Shown piece after piece: positions 37,864 through 49,800 of a stretch of DNA of 64,000 nucleotides. Numbering within the stretch: position 1 is the first letter of the stretch; the number at the start of each line of letters is the position of its first letter. Made by a program: the position numbers and the translations under genes. Source of the stretch: a virus. Taxonomy: Duplodnaviria; Caudoviricetes. The DNA lies in the IMG/VR virus record IMGVR_UViG_3300020578_005808, positions 20,698 through 84,697 of that record; one strand, 5' to 3'. The notes beneath the pieces are model-generated. The model did no database searches and was not told the DNA's origin. It saw nothing but the letters and a program-made list of their open reading frames with translations.

Positions 37864-40800
37864 TGGAAGTAATTTGTATTTAAAAGTTTGATATTAGGTT
37901 TATTTTTTCTTATTAAAGTTTCCAAATTCTCCATAGTTTTTGGATAACTTTCAAAAGAACAGTTTAAGGTTAAACCATTTTCAGCAAGATTTATTGTTAA
38001 CTTGGTAAGTCCTTTATCAACAGTTAAAAGTTTTTGTAATTCTTGTGGGATATCATTACAAAAAATATCAGCTGTAAATTTTACATTTGGTTGGGTCAAG
38101 GACTTAACGCTTGAATCATAATAAGCTTTCAAAGCAGAATGGAATCCGTTAAAGGTATTAAATTCGTAAGAAGGATTATCTCCATCGTAGCCTTGGTATT
38201 CTATGAAAACTGGATAATTTGCCACCTTAGACAAATCGACTGGAGCACTAATAAACGAAGGATTAGTTTCGTCACCAAATAATTCTCTTACATTTGGAGT
38301 AATATTATTAACTTCCAAAGCAACTGAAAAATTTTCATTATTTATAATTTTTAATAAATCATCTGCATTTTCTAAACCACCTAAGACATAATTCCTAAAC
38401 GGTAAAAAAACTTGGCTAGATGTTTTACTAATTAATCGAATTTTATATTTGTTTTGAGATGGAGCAACTATTGATTCATATTGAGAAGTAGTTTTAAATT
38501 TAGAATAAGTTACATTTCCGGGTGCTCTTAAACTTTGTACCAAGATAGATTGGTGTTTGGAAGGATCTACGAAAGCCTCTAAACTTAAATTACCATTCGC
38601 AGTGCTAGATCTAAAAATTTGACCTAAAACATAATTATCTAAAAAAGCAGAATTATTTCTTAATATTCGAACTTGAAAGCAAGAATATGGATTTGGACCT
38701 GAAGCAAAATCTATAGAATCATCATTTCCAGAATTAGTTTGAGATTGCTCACATGGTTTAATGCAGGTCTCATAAAGAAGAGTTTTATTGCAAGTTTTTT
38801 GATTTCTCGCAACGGTACTTTGAGCGCCAGAAGAATTAATTCTTAATATTTCAGAACATCTAGCATAAATACTATTTTGGACTTCTATTGGATTAGCTTG
38901 ATTCGCGTAAGACCTAAAACTAAAAATTTGTCTTCTTTGATTTACCCCTATCAAGGTACCAAATTTAAAGGAACCTAAAGCAACATTTTGTAAATTAATG
39001 GGTAAAACAGATTGTAAAAGACCAAGAGAAACTGGAGAAAGTTCTTTAAAAACAGGCGAATAAATTTCGCTCAGGTCAACGTTTTGAGGTGCTGCTGTAG
39101 TGTCTCCTGCGATTGAAATTTTTAAATTAGCAATGTCATTAATAAATTCTTGATAAACACCATAAGCAGCAGAAGATCTTTCGTAAAAAAATCTATATTT
39201 TCTAAGCGTATAAGAATTACCTTGCATTTGAGCGAAAGCATCTTTTGCTAAATTGCAAATATTATTAATGTTTGCTGCCGCATCTGCTAGAGTTCTATAC
39301 GCTTCAAAATATTGAGTAGTACCAGTAGAAAAAACAGCAGAAATAGAATTTAATAAATATCTAGCTTGTTTAAAAACATCTAAATTATAAAGTTGCCCAA
39401 CTAAAACTTTTTGAACTGGAGCTGAAGACGTTAATTCATATTTACCATAAAAATCTTCATTTCCATATTCTCCATCTTCGATTTGTAAAGGATCAGACCA
39501 ATAATATCTACCAATAAAATCTGCAATAAAAGATTCCATTGATAATACTGCTCTAGACAACTCATCATTATAAAACCCTAAGTGAACATTGTAATTGGGG
39601 GTAGCGTCGTCTTCTGAAAATAAATTTTGAGATTGAATTTCTAAAACTTGAGAAATAGCCTCTGTATAAAGTAAAGTATTATCATTTGATAACGCTACTT
39701 GAGATAAAGAAGGGTCTCCATAAAAAGGAATAAAACCTAAAGCCTCAAAAGCTCCAATACTATAATTATAAATTTCCCTTAATCTAGGAGAATGTTTTCC
39801 TAAAATAGCAGACGTAATAACTTGCTCATATGTTCTATAGGCTCCTGAAAAATCCCTTGTTGGAATTAAATCTTTAGGCTTACTACCAAAAAGTTGCGGA
39901 AATTGAGCGGCTAAATCAATATTATAAAAATCTATATTTCCCAAATCATTTTCGTAAACAATAGATTTTTCTTTAGCATCTTTGAAATAAAACGAAGAAT
40001 ATAATTTTAATTGCTGCTGAGAAATATCGTAAGAAAAATCTTGGGATCTTACAACAAAAGATGAGTTGTTTGTAGCTGACTCTAAATCTTCGAGTTCTAA
40101 TTTAGCGGATAAAACTGCTTCCTTAGATAAACTAGAAGATAAATCAATTCCCTTTAAAGTAAATGATGTAGAACTTGTTTTAGTAAAATCAACACAATAA
40201 CTAAAAGCATAATCTTCGCACCATTGATTTAATACTTGTTTTAAAGTGCCATGGTAAGATTTTTTTAATTTACCATTAGATTTATCTCTTAAACTATCAA
40301 AATTTATATCCGAAGATTTATTTGGATTAAAATTTGCAGGCTTTTCATTTTCTACAATTTTAATGCCTAATGATTTTACAGCTTTTAATAAAGAGTCGAA
40401 AGAGTAAGAAACTTCAGCAGGAGAGCATGGGGCATCTTTAAATTCTTCTTCTCCTAAAATGATTACAGCACCATATCCTTTAAAAATGGTTTTATTTGGG
40501 GAAGATGATGTTATCGTTATGTAATTAGTTCTAGCTTCGCTTGAAGAATTATCGTCTGAATTGATTTTAAAACTAGAAGCTAAGTTGGTCGAAATTTTTT
40601 CAAAAAACTTATCTTTTAAATTTTGATTAGAAAAATGTAAAGTTTGTTTTAAGTTGTCAAGAGTTACTGTTCCAGCAGCGCAAGTTGTACCTACTTGAGG
40701 GCATGAAATTTTAATACCGCTTACTAAAGCGTCCGCTTCGGATCTTTCATCTAGAGCAACCTGTTGTCCTAAAAGACCAACAAAAATTTTATCAAGTACA

Positions 40801-41324
40801 AAAGAGTTATCTTTTAGTGTTAGAGTTAAAATCTTCTGATCATTTTTTTTGCTTATTGAAAAGGAAGTAATTTTAAAATTCTTAAATTCATAACTTGGAG
40901 CGCCTATTTCATTATATATTCCAATATCATAAGAACAATTAACACCAATGTAATTAGGATCTATATTGAAATCTTTATCTGAGATTTTTGCTATTTCATT
41001 TTGAGTTCCTAGATATGTTCCAGCTCCTGCATTACCTAAATTGCCAACAAAATTTTGCGGAGCAGCTTTTTGAGAGGCGACTAAAGATTTTACTCTTTTA
41101 ATGTCTCTCTTTCTGTCCGAAATAGTATCCGAATTTCGTTTTACTTGATTTAAAGTTTTATTCAGCGCTAAGTTTAGTGTTAAAGTACTAGACTCTCCAT
41201 TATAACCAACATCCAAAGACATATTAAAAACATAACCATTAAATAATTTATTGGAAAGGTTTTCTATACTTGTCCCTATCCGTCTGGTTATATTTATCGA
41301 ACTGTTGTTTTTTACTGCTCCCAT
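37860..41324 (-). CDS. Putative tail hub/baseplate hub (gp27/Tal-like) protein
   Basis: Lies downstream of the TMP. LDVGYNGESSTLTLNLA and GTLKQVLNQWCEDYAFSYCVD resemble hub-protein motifs. Confidence 0.5.
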   Translation of the reverse strand: MGAVKNNSSINITRRIGTSIENLSNKLFNGYVFNMSLDVGYNGESSTLTLNLALNKTLNQVKRNSDTISDRKRDIKRVKSLVASQKAAPQNFVGNLGNAGAGTYLGTQNEIAKISDKDFNIDPNYIGVNCSYDIGIYNEIGAPSYEFKNFKITSFSISKKNDQKILTLTLKDNSFVLDKIFVGLLGQQVALDERSEADALVSGIKISCPQVGTTCAAGTVTLDNLKQTLHFSNQNLKDKFFEKISTNLASSFKINSDDNSSSEARTNYITITSSSPNKTIFKGYGAVIILGEEEFKDAPCSPAEVSYSFDSLLKAVKSLGIKIVENEKPANFNPNKSSDINFDSLRDKSNGKLKKSYHGTLKQVLNQWCEDYAFSYCVDFTKTSSTSFTLKGIDLSSSLSKEAVLSAKLELEDLESATNNSSFVVRSQDFSYDISQQQLKLYSSFYFKDAKEKSIVYENDLGNIDFYNIDLAAQFPQLFGSKPKDLIPTRDFSGAYRTYEQVITSAILGKHSPRLREIYNYSIGAFEALGFIPFYGDPSLSQVALSNDNTLLYTEAISQVLEIQSQNLFSEDDATPNYNVHLGFYNDELSRAVLSMESFIADFIGRYYWSDPLQIEDGEYGNEDFYGKYELTSSAPVQKVLVGQLYNLDVFKQARYLLNSISAVFSTGTTQYFEAYRTLADAAANINNICNLAKDAFAQMQGNSYTLRKYRFFYERSSAAYGVYQEFINDIANLKISIAGDTTAAPQNVDLSEIYSPVFKELSPVSLGLLQSVLPINLQNVALGSFKFGTLIGVNQRRQIFSFRSYANQANPIEVQNSIYARCSEILRINSSGAQSTVARNQKTCNKTLLYETCIKPCEQSQTNSGNDDSIDFASGPNPYSCFQVRILRNNSAFLDNYVLGQIFRSSTANGNLSLEAFVDPSKHQSILVQSLRAPGNVTYSKFKTTSQYESIVAPSQNKYKIRLISKTSSQVFLPFRNYVLGGLENADDLLKIINNENFSVALEVNNITPNVRELFGDETNPSFISAPVDLSKVANYPVFIEYQGYDGDNPSYEFNTFNGFHSALKAYYDSSVKSLTQPNVKFTADIFCNDIPQELQKLLTVDKGLTKLTINLAENGLTLNCSFESYPKTMENLETLIRKNKPNIKLLNTNYFQ

Positions 41325-41338
41325 ATGCCTTATTTGTA

Positions 41339-41345
41339 ATTACAC
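41339..41345 (-). promoter_or_regulatory. GTGTAAT candidate late-promoter motif
   Basis: About 14 nt upstream of the ATG at 41324, followed by AAGG. Overlaps the Val-stop (GTG TAA) of the upstream gene. Confidence 0.4.
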
Positions 41346-43130
41346 GTTAAAAAATCCCGTATCATTATTATAAATAATGTCTTGATAAGGCTCTAATGAA
41401 AATGTAGTATATTTTAAACTGAAATCTGAAAGTTTTTCATAATCGGCATATTTAACTTGCCTTAATCCATTGATCCATACCTGCTCGTCAAATAAAGGGG
41501 TAGAGGTTTCAAAATTATTATTATTGTAACCAGTATATCTAACTAAATTACTATTATGCTTTGGTAATAGAACTATATCTCCAGCGCAAAATCCACTAGG
41601 CGCTAACACCGCAAAAGATCCAGAAGGACTATAATCAACACCAGAAATCATTTTGATTCCATTTAAATAAATATCTCTATTATTAATAAAAGATAATGGT
41701 ATATTAATAAATCCATTTGTTTCATCAGAACTTGAAGCTCCAGTTATTGAACCCGAGCCTTGGATAAAATCATAGACAGCAATATCATCTCTATCAAAAA
41801 ACCCCTGAGAATCTAAAAAATTTCCAGACGGAACTAATTCTCCAGTATAAGAGTCGGAAAAAGCTGTAGTTAAAATCTGAGCTAATCCATTAACATAAAA
41901 GTTAATATTTTCTCCACTTCCAGTATTTAGTACAGAAAACTTAAGATTTGGATTAATAAAAGCTGCATTTAAATTTATATCATCACTATTTCTTCCAGAA
42001 AATGAGTAAACTTCCTTATATGAGTCATCAAAGTTGTTAAATGATAAAATTTTTGAATTACAAAAACTCATTATGTATTTGTAATCTGGTAATCCACTAG
42101 AAGCGGTAAGCGTCATTAACTCATAATCCCCAGTGACTATTCCAGTTAATTCTATTAATTGTTCGCCATATAAGTTTCCAGTTAATCCAGAGTAGCTGTA
42201 AATAGGAGTTGTTTGACCATTTATAGTTTCATAACCTTTTAAATACTGAGCGTATCCAGTAATTCCAGTCCTAATTAAAACATTTTCATACCTTACTCCG
42301 GTTACTACATTATAAGAATTTGTTAAACCTAAATAATTTTCTGAATTATAACCCGAACAAAAAAAAGCCTCCGAAAAAGTATTTCTTTCTGGAAAATCTA
42401 ATCCTTTATTAATAAATACAAATTGATCAACATAACCACTGAAATTTCTATAATCCAAACCAGAGGTTTCAAGACCTCCTATATAAAATTGGTAAGATGG
42501 GTTATAATCAATAAGTGAAAATTTATTTTCGATAGAAAAAGAATTTAAATCTTCATATTGATGAAGACCAATATATAAGTCAGAATCTATTTTAGAAATA
42601 GATGCTAAATTTTTATTATCTAATTCTTTATTTAAAGTAAAAATTCTTTTTCCAGAACTAGGCGTGTCGTATTCGTAGAATAATCTATTGCAACCATTAA
42701 TACCAAAAATAAATCCAGAAGTAGACGATACATTTTTCTTGCTTGAAATTAAAACTTTATTTTGATTAAAAAGCCCAGTTTCCAAATGCTTAAAAGCAAT
42801 ATACATTGTCCAATCTTCATCTGTCACGTCACCTAAAATTCTATATTTAGAAAAACCATTAAAATTTCCACTGACGATAGCTTTATTAATTGATGAAGAG
42901 TCTGTAATACTAAAAGCTGGGTGTCCTGTATCTATTATTTTTGTTCCGTCATACTGAACCGACGAATCTTGCTCTAAGTTATAGAATAAATATCCAGTAA
43001 CATTAGATCCAAGATCGATAGTTTTATATTCATTATCTACTGAAGTGTTTAAAAATGAATAATCAATAATTAAATTTTCTCTCGGTAAGAAAATTTCATT
43101 TAAAAAACCAGATTTTACAATATCATTCAT
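41340..43130 (-). CDS. Tail protein with LamG/concanavalin A-like domain
   Basis: DWTMYIAFK...VLISSK...GFIFGIN...FYIGG...FSGYVDQFVFINKGL is a LamG-like pattern. C-terminal YVNGL / YLNGI / WINGL repeats. Confidence 0.65.
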   Translation of the reverse strand: MNDIVKSGFLNEIFLPRENLIIDYSFLNTSVDNEYKTIDLGSNVTGYLFYNLEQDSSVQYDGTKIIDTGHPAFSITDSSSINKAIVSGNFNGFSKYRILGDVTDEDWTMYIAFKHLETGLFNQNKVLISSKKNVSSTSGFIFGINGCNRLFYEYDTPSSGKRIFTLNKELDNKNLASISKIDSDLYIGLHQYEDLNSFSIENKFSLIDYNPSYQFYIGGLETSGLDYRNFSGYVDQFVFINKGLDFPERNTFSEAFFCSGYNSENYLGLTNSYNVVTGVRYENVLIRTGITGYAQYLKGYETINGQTTPIYSYSGLTGNLYGEQLIELTGIVTGDYELMTLTASSGLPDYKYIMSFCNSKILSFNNFDDSYKEVYSFSGRNSDDINLNAAFINPNLKFSVLNTGSGENINFYVNGLAQILTTAFSDSYTGELVPSGNFLDSQGFFDRDDIAVYDFIQGSGSITGASSSDETNGFINIPLSFINNRDIYLNGIKMISGVDYSPSGSFAVLAPSGFCAGDIVLLPKHNSNLVRYTGYNNNNFETSTPLFDEQVWINGLRQVKYADYEKLSDFSLKYTTFSLEPYQDIIYNNDTGFFNV

Positions 43131-43134
43131 TATG

Positions 43135-44967
43135 TTAAGTTAAAAATTGATTAGCGGATTTAATTATTCTTCTTGAATTTTTCTCAGTATCATTTAATTC
43201 ATAAGAGTAAACTTTAGATAAACCAATTGTTGCTCCAAATTGATTAATAGTTAATGATGTTTTCGAGCTTGAGCTTTCAGTAGAAAAAACAGAAGCTTCT
43301 TCTTGCATGCTATTAGCTGTAGCTAAAACATTTGGAAAACTATTGTAAAAACTAGATGCAGTTTCCGGTTCTATTAAAGCTTTAGCGTTATTTATTAAAG
43401 TTTGTTCCGATTTTCCAGAGCCTGCAACTTTAACTTCAATAGTAACTTTTTCTCTTCTTTTAACATTCATATCCACTGCTAAATGCTTTATTGAATCGTT
43501 ACATGAAGAAGCGTAAGAGAAAAGAGTATTATACGGTTCGTAAACTATATTGTAATCGCTTAAGCCTAAGCCTAAAAATTTATCTTTATTATCAAAAGAA
43601 GCGTCTATAGAAATGGTGCCTATAATAGGATTACTATCAACTACTAAATTTAATGGATTTACATTAAGAGCAAAAGTCGGAGTTGATGTTCCTAAATATC
43701 CAGTATAGTAATCATTAACGAAATCAAACAATCGAGGCTCTGTTGCGCTAGATCCTCCTTTTAATAAAACTCCTAAATAAGCTAATGTATTTTCGTATCT
43801 ATTGGTAGACGAACCTCTACCTTTTATTTCCCCTTTAACTTGAACAGTGGTGATTTTTGTAAGTTCATTAACATCATGAATTATAGTTGCATCAAAATAG
43901 CATCCAGAAAAACAAAATTTACTATTAGAAGAATTGTAAAAATCTAAATTATCATAAGAAGCATTAAAATTAATTTTACGATTTTTTAAATCTTGAGAAA
44001 CAGAAAATCTTATAGGATCTTGACAAAAAGATAATCCATTAGGAGATCCATATTTTCCTGAAACAATAGCGTAAGGATTAAGACCAGATAATTGATTGAC
44101 TAAACCTGATAAAAGTAAATCTCCTGTAGCCCCAGTAACTCCAACTCTAATTTCTCCTTGAATATCCGCTGAAACAAAATCTTCACCAGCTCCCGAAGTT
44201 AAATTAGTAGAGTAAGATGTTAAATAATAATTATTAAAACTATAATTACTGGCTGACTCTACATCTCCAGTTATCATTTTAAATCGATATGTCTGATCTA
44301 TGGAATAGACTAAAGATAATCGATCTAAATTCTCTGAAATTTCAGTTAATACTGGAGTAAAAGATCCAGAATTCTGAAAACCAGAAATTTGATTTATAGA
44401 TAAAATGCTATTAATTCCAGTTCGATTAGCTACATAATTTTTAACATTATTTATTGCGTCATCGATTGTTGTAGTTACAAATCCTTTAGCTGAAATAGTC
44501 CTATTGATAATACCAACACCGTCTTCTCCTTCTGAAATAAATATTTCATCTCTTGGTTCTATAATTCCATATACTCCTGAGAAAAAACCGGTTAATCCAG
44601 ATGGATAAGATATAATTTCTATTGAATAATTAGCTCTTGAATTATAATCTCCTTCACTAAAAGCTACCGAATCAACAGAACAACCAGAAAAACTAAAAAC
44701 TTCACTATAATTATCTGCTCCATCAATGCTTTCTAAAATTTGTAAAGTTTTATATGAATCTGAAAATATTCCAACTAATCCTGTTTGCGCTGAATATAAA
44801 TTTGAAAAAGAACAACCAGTTATAGTTCCATTCAAAGTAATTTTATGAGTAAGACCCCATCTATCTCCATAGTTAAGAACCTCATCATTTAGAGAAACAT
44901 AAGGTGTTGGACCAGTGTTTTGAACTGGCACAACTTTTCCATTGTATCTTATTAAAATATCGGACAT
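43135..44967 (-). CDS. Putative distal tail protein (tube-like repeats)
   Basis: Position after the TMP; repeated KITLNGTI / RTISAKG / IQGEI / VKGEI beta modules. Confidence 0.45.
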   Translation of the reverse strand: MSDILIRYNGKVVPVQNTGPTPYVSLNDEVLNYGDRWGLTHKITLNGTITGCSFSNLYSAQTGLVGIFSDSYKTLQILESIDGADNYSEVFSFSGCSVDSVAFSEGDYNSRANYSIEIISYPSGLTGFFSGVYGIIEPRDEIFISEGEDGVGIINRTISAKGFVTTTIDDAINNVKNYVANRTGINSILSINQISGFQNSGSFTPVLTEISENLDRLSLVYSIDQTYRFKMITGDVESASNYSFNNYYLTSYSTNLTSGAGEDFVSADIQGEIRVGVTGATGDLLLSGLVNQLSGLNPYAIVSGKYGSPNGLSFCQDPIRFSVSQDLKNRKINFNASYDNLDFYNSSNSKFCFSGCYFDATIIHDVNELTKITTVQVKGEIKGRGSSTNRYENTLAYLGVLLKGGSSATEPRLFDFVNDYYTGYLGTSTPTFALNVNPLNLVVDSNPIIGTISIDASFDNKDKFLGLGLSDYNIVYEPYNTLFSYASSCNDSIKHLAVDMNVKRREKVTIEVKVAGSGKSEQTLINNAKALIEPETASSFYNSFPNVLATANSMQEEASVFSTESSSSKTSLTINQFGATIGLSKVYSYELNDTEKNSRRIIKSANQFLT

Positions 44968-44968
44968 A

Positions 44969-46837
44969 TTATATTTTCTCTCTTTCAGCTAAGAATTTAA
45001 ATGTTAAATCCGCAACTAAATTATAAGAACTATCAAAATTTAATCTAAAAGACTCTAGAAAATAAGTTAATTCTCCTTTTCTATATTTTACTCCTTGATT
45101 AAAAATTTTACTAAACGTATTAACAGCCAAGGGAGAAGCGCCAAATAAATATCCAGAACTTTTATCTAACATTTCAGTAGTCATTAAGGTTTTAATTTTT
45201 GGAAATACAATCCCTTGATTTTGATTAGCTGACGCACCAGCTCCTGAAAATAAAGTTTCTCTATTTATTTTCATAGCGATAGTAATATTCTTGGTGCCTT
45301 CTGTTAGTTGTCTTGTCTGATAAATGATTTCTTTAAAGTTTGGAACATTGACCGTTGAAAAACGATTCACAGGCATTTGATTCGTTTCGGTAATTATTAG
45401 TTCGCTTACCAAACCTCCTTCTGGTTGAAAAGTTGATGAATCAGAAAAAGATTTCGTATAAGAAATTTCCGCTCCGAATTTAAGATATTGAATTAAACAT
45501 CCAGTTTTTTTGCCTGCGTAGTTAGAACTCCCATCAACCATTTTTTTATAATATGGACTGATTACATTTATATCGGAAACACTTGGAGAATCTATAATGT
45601 TGGTTTTAAAGTCGTTTATTTTATCAAAGCTTTTGTTTTTATTTGTATAATATTTAACAGAACCTTGAATAGCTGCTTGTATTATCCCAACTTGATCTTT
45701 TGTTAAATTAACAACATAAGAATGAATTCTGGTAGAATTAGCAAAAGAAGAATTTGTAGTAAAAACAATTTCATAGCCAACCTCATTTTCAATTCCACTT
45801 AAATCTTTAGTTATCGATATTGGATTAGATTTGAGAGTGTCTAAAACATTATATTTAGGTATGTTATTTGCAAAACTAGGATAGTATGTAGAAAAATAAG
45901 AAGTGAAATAACTGTTACATCTTGTATAAGCAGAAGTTATATTTGATTCTAATTTTGAGATAGCATTTTGCCTAGCTACTTCTCTTGTTGAACCTTTTCC
46001 TTTAACTCTAGCTCTTTCTAAGATTTGTATTGTGCCATCTTCTAAATAAGAAATGTCATAAAGTAAAGTTTCAGAAGTGTTGGCGGAATTATCAGAAAAA
46101 ACAGTATAATTTTTTGAATATTGGAATTGGTAATTTATTAAATCAATTGTTTGATTTACAAGGGAAGATCCGTAATCAGAATTAGATACTTGAAAACTTG
46201 TAGAACTATATAAAGAACGAATACTAGATAAAGAATCTAATCCTTGAGCAAATAATTTATTAGCAATAGTATTAGCAAAAATAACAATTTCAGAAGATGA
46301 AATTTTATCTACATTATCAACTCCAAAAGAAACACTATGAGAAGCAATAAAATTACCCCCATCTTGGAAAGAAAAATTAAAATTTTCTGTGAAATTATTT
46401 AATTTATACCAAGAATCAGTAACAGAAGATATAGAGCTAGGTAAGTTCGCATTAGCATAAGATCCTGTTGAATCATCCTTTAATACTTCCATTGAAATAT
46501 TAAATTTGCTAAATCTTACAGCATTTTCATCAAAAGTAACAGAAGTAGGAAAAGAAAAACTTAAAAAGCGAACTTTTCCATAAGAAAATCCATTAATTTT
46601 TAAATCAACAAATTCTGTAGAATTTTCAAGCAAAGCTTTAACTTGTCTAAAATGTTCAGATACAGGTAAAGACGATTCCCTATTAGAAAAATATCCAACA
46701 ACCGATATGTTTTCTTTTCTTCTGTAATTAAAAGCTCCAGCCTTTTGGTTTTCTAAATTATAATTTAATAATGTTACTACTGCAAAATTAATTGCTGTAG
46801 ATCCAAAAGTTAGCATTGTTTCTGAAGAAAAAGCCAT
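44969..46837 (-). CDS. Putative distal tail protein
   Basis: First gene downstream of the TMP; repeated beta modules (ISVVGY, HSVSFG, ERARVKG, IQGSVKY). Confidence 0.45.
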   Translation of the reverse strand: MAFSSETMLTFGSTAINFAVVTLLNYNLENQKAGAFNYRRKENISVVGYFSNRESSLPVSEHFRQVKALLENSTEFVDLKINGFSYGKVRFLSFSFPTSVTFDENAVRFSKFNISMEVLKDDSTGSYANANLPSSISSVTDSWYKLNNFTENFNFSFQDGGNFIASHSVSFGVDNVDKISSSEIVIFANTIANKLFAQGLDSLSSIRSLYSSTSFQVSNSDYGSSLVNQTIDLINYQFQYSKNYTVFSDNSANTSETLLYDISYLEDGTIQILERARVKGKGSTREVARQNAISKLESNITSAYTRCNSYFTSYFSTYYPSFANNIPKYNVLDTLKSNPISITKDLSGIENEVGYEIVFTTNSSFANSTRIHSYVVNLTKDQVGIIQAAIQGSVKYYTNKNKSFDKINDFKTNIIDSPSVSDINVISPYYKKMVDGSSNYAGKKTGCLIQYLKFGAEISYTKSFSDSSTFQPEGGLVSELIITETNQMPVNRFSTVNVPNFKEIIYQTRQLTEGTKNITIAMKINRETLFSGAGASANQNQGIVFPKIKTLMTTEMLDKSSGYLFGASPLAVNTFSKIFNQGVKYRKGELTYFLESFRLNFDSSYNLVADLTFKFLAEREKI

Positions 46838-46842
46838 AATAA

Positions 46843-49800
46843 TTATACAGATTGTGGACCCATTTTTCTTGCAAATTGAGTTGGGAATTGATCTTGTAAA
46901 AATTCCATTACAGCATAAACTTTGTCCGATGTTGTTTGAATGGTTCTCTGATCATTGATATTTATAACATTAGAATTAGTAACTGAAGAACCAGCTTTTT
47001 CAAAGTAAGGCGCAAGTGCTTTTTGCATAGCTTCTCCAACGGCACCAGCAAACTGTTCTGGTGCAAAGTTAGGAACAAATCCTTTAGAAGCGTATCCTAA
47101 TTGAGCTTGTTGAGCCGGATTTAATATAGCATATTGTTCATTAGAATTTTTGGGTTTTGCTCCAAATAATCCCATTCTATTATAAACTTCAACTGCTGGT
47201 ACTTCTATTTCAGCGCTATTTTTAACAATGTTCTTATAATATTTAGAAGGCTGAGGAGTGGCGTTTCTGTAGCCAGAATAATCAGGACTATTTAGCACAT
47301 CTAATTTTTCTCTTGAAAATGCTGCTGCCATGCTAAAATTAGGAACAAAACCTGAAGATTTATTCTTTTTTCTTTTCCTTAATTCTGCTGGAGATATTTT
47401 TAGTTTTTTAGCTTCGTTAATTTCTGACTGAGTATAGTATACGCCTTGAATAAATTGACCTTCGATTCCAAAATTAGTTGCTGCAGCTTGCTTCCTTTCT
47501 GCTTGAGCTAACTTTGGCATTCCCATTCTTCTGTTTCCAAATTTAATACTTTCTACTGAAACTCCTTTATTATAAGCTTGTTGAATCTGATCGTTAGAAT
47601 AAAAACGGCCATTTATTGTTTGCCCATATGTTTGGGGGTTAATTATATTTTTATCAACAGCAGGTAAAGGAGGCAAACCTAAACCAGCGCGTACAAATCT
47701 ACCAGCCCCTTCCGTTTCAGGAATAATTTTTTCAACTGCGACCCCCCTATTGAATGCTTCTTGTCTTTGGGCTGCAGTTGCTCCCCGTAAACTCTCTGCT
47801 TCTCTAGCTGATCTTTCTCGAAATTCTTTTGTAGCTTCAGCAGTTTCTTGGGCTCTAGCAAATTCAGCTTTGCGTTTATTTAATAATTCTGGCTTTGTAA
47901 CTCCTTCTACATAAAAATCACTTTCTTTAGGATTAATTAATCTACGCTCAGACTCTGCTGTATTTTCTTTTTCTTTTTTATAAGCTTGGTAAGAATCGTA
48001 CAAGTCTTCATTACCTTTAAAATTCTCTCTAGTAAAAGCCCCAAAAATTCTTTCTTGAGATATTAAATAATTAGCCTTATCTCTTGAGGTGAATAATTGA
48101 TTCGTTTCTTCATTTTTAATTACTCCTTCAACTAATTTGCTTCTAGTATCTGATTCTTGTTGACGAAGTTCTTTTTGTTCTTCTGAATTTCTTTGATCGA
48201 TTTTTCTTAGCTCTTCTCGTTTCGCAGCGGCAGCAGCAGCAATTTCAGCTTGCTTAGCTTTTTCTTGTCTAGCAATTTCTTCTTGCTCAGCTCTTTTTCT
48301 TTGCTGTTCTTCGATATCTAATTTATCTTGCTCTAATTGCTCTTCAATTGTTAATTTGCCTGATGAGTTTTTAACAAAATTAGGAATAAATCCTTTAGAC
48401 ATATTTCCTAATCCTGCTTCTTTTTCTTCTAAAAGTTTTCTTTTGTATGCTAAATAAGCTTCTAGAGAAACTTTACCCTCTACGACATCTTGCTTACTAA
48501 TTCCTTCGCCTAAATCAGATTTTTTAGCCCTACGAGCGCGATCTGCCATTGTTGAACCTGCGTAAAGAAATGATTCTCCAAGCATGTTTCCAATGCCTAG
48601 TTTTTCTTCTAAGACATTACCTCCTCTATATCCATAGCTAGCGGCTAAATAAGCTTGACCAACTGGATTAAAAGCAAAAAGAGCGTCGAATCCTAATCCA
48701 GCAACACTTGAAGCAATATCAAAACTATTTCTATATTTTTTCCCAGTAACTGGATCTACCGATTGACGACCTAAAAAGATATCGCTAAAATCTTCTGCTA
48801 TTTGATTATTTTTTGATAACGCGATTTCTGAACCTAAACCCAAAAATGATGCGGCTGGTAAGATTTTACCACCGAGACTCATTCCCTTTTTAGTTAAAGA
48901 AGCAAGTAATAAAGAACCTTCAGCGGCTTTTAAACCAGCTAAGCCATAATTTTTTTCTTGAGCTTGTCTAACTGACTCTCCAATCGCGCCTAAACCACCC
49001 AAGGCAATAAGTGGCTTAGTTATTTTTCCAGCTACTCCAGAAGCAGCTCTAATAAGTTTTCCAGCTTTACCTGATAAAAACTTAGAAACTCCTCCGAAAG
49101 CTTTACCAGATAATTCAGACATTCTAGAGGTAACATTTGAATTTTTTATTCTAGATCCTATGTGTTTTATTGAATTTATTACTGAAGATTCTTTAATATT
49201 GATTTTAGGCGTTCCTATAGGAGATGGAGTTGATCCCGCTGGACTTTGGACGACTGGCAATTGAGGAGGACGAGACGAGAGAGATAAAGGATTTCTTGCG
49301 GGCGACTCAGGTGGAGCTACTCCTTCAGGTTTATTTCCTATAACATTTTTAACTAATTTACTTAAAACACCTTTTCCTATAAATCCGCTAGATCCTTCTG
49401 CATTTGTTGGATTAACTTCAAAAACAATTGTACTTACCCTACCTCTTCCTCCTGAATAAAATTCTTTTGGTTTAACTCCAGCTTCAATCGCAGCTTCTAA
49501 ACTAGTACCCCCAACATCGACACCAAAAAATGCATTTCTAATATTTTTTGTTCTGACTAACTCTCGAATATTTTCAAATGCTGTTGATTCTGCAGTTTTG
49601 CGAAATGATTCAGCCATTTTTACTGCTTGTGATTTTGATAATCCTGCTTTTCTATAGGCTTCAACAGATGGTTGAGAAGTTGGATCAAACCCAGTAGCTT
49701 TTAAAACTGTGCCTCCTTTAATTATTTTAATTTTACCGTCTTTATCTACCGCAACATGAACGCGCAATTCATTATAATAAGTCGGTACTTTATTTTGAAT

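Noticed and set aside
16491-43130. Diversity-generating retroelement or invertible fibre cassette
   Set aside because: No reverse transcriptase, invertase or near-identical DNA repeat pair was noticed by eye. A self-dotplot would be needed to exclude this fully.
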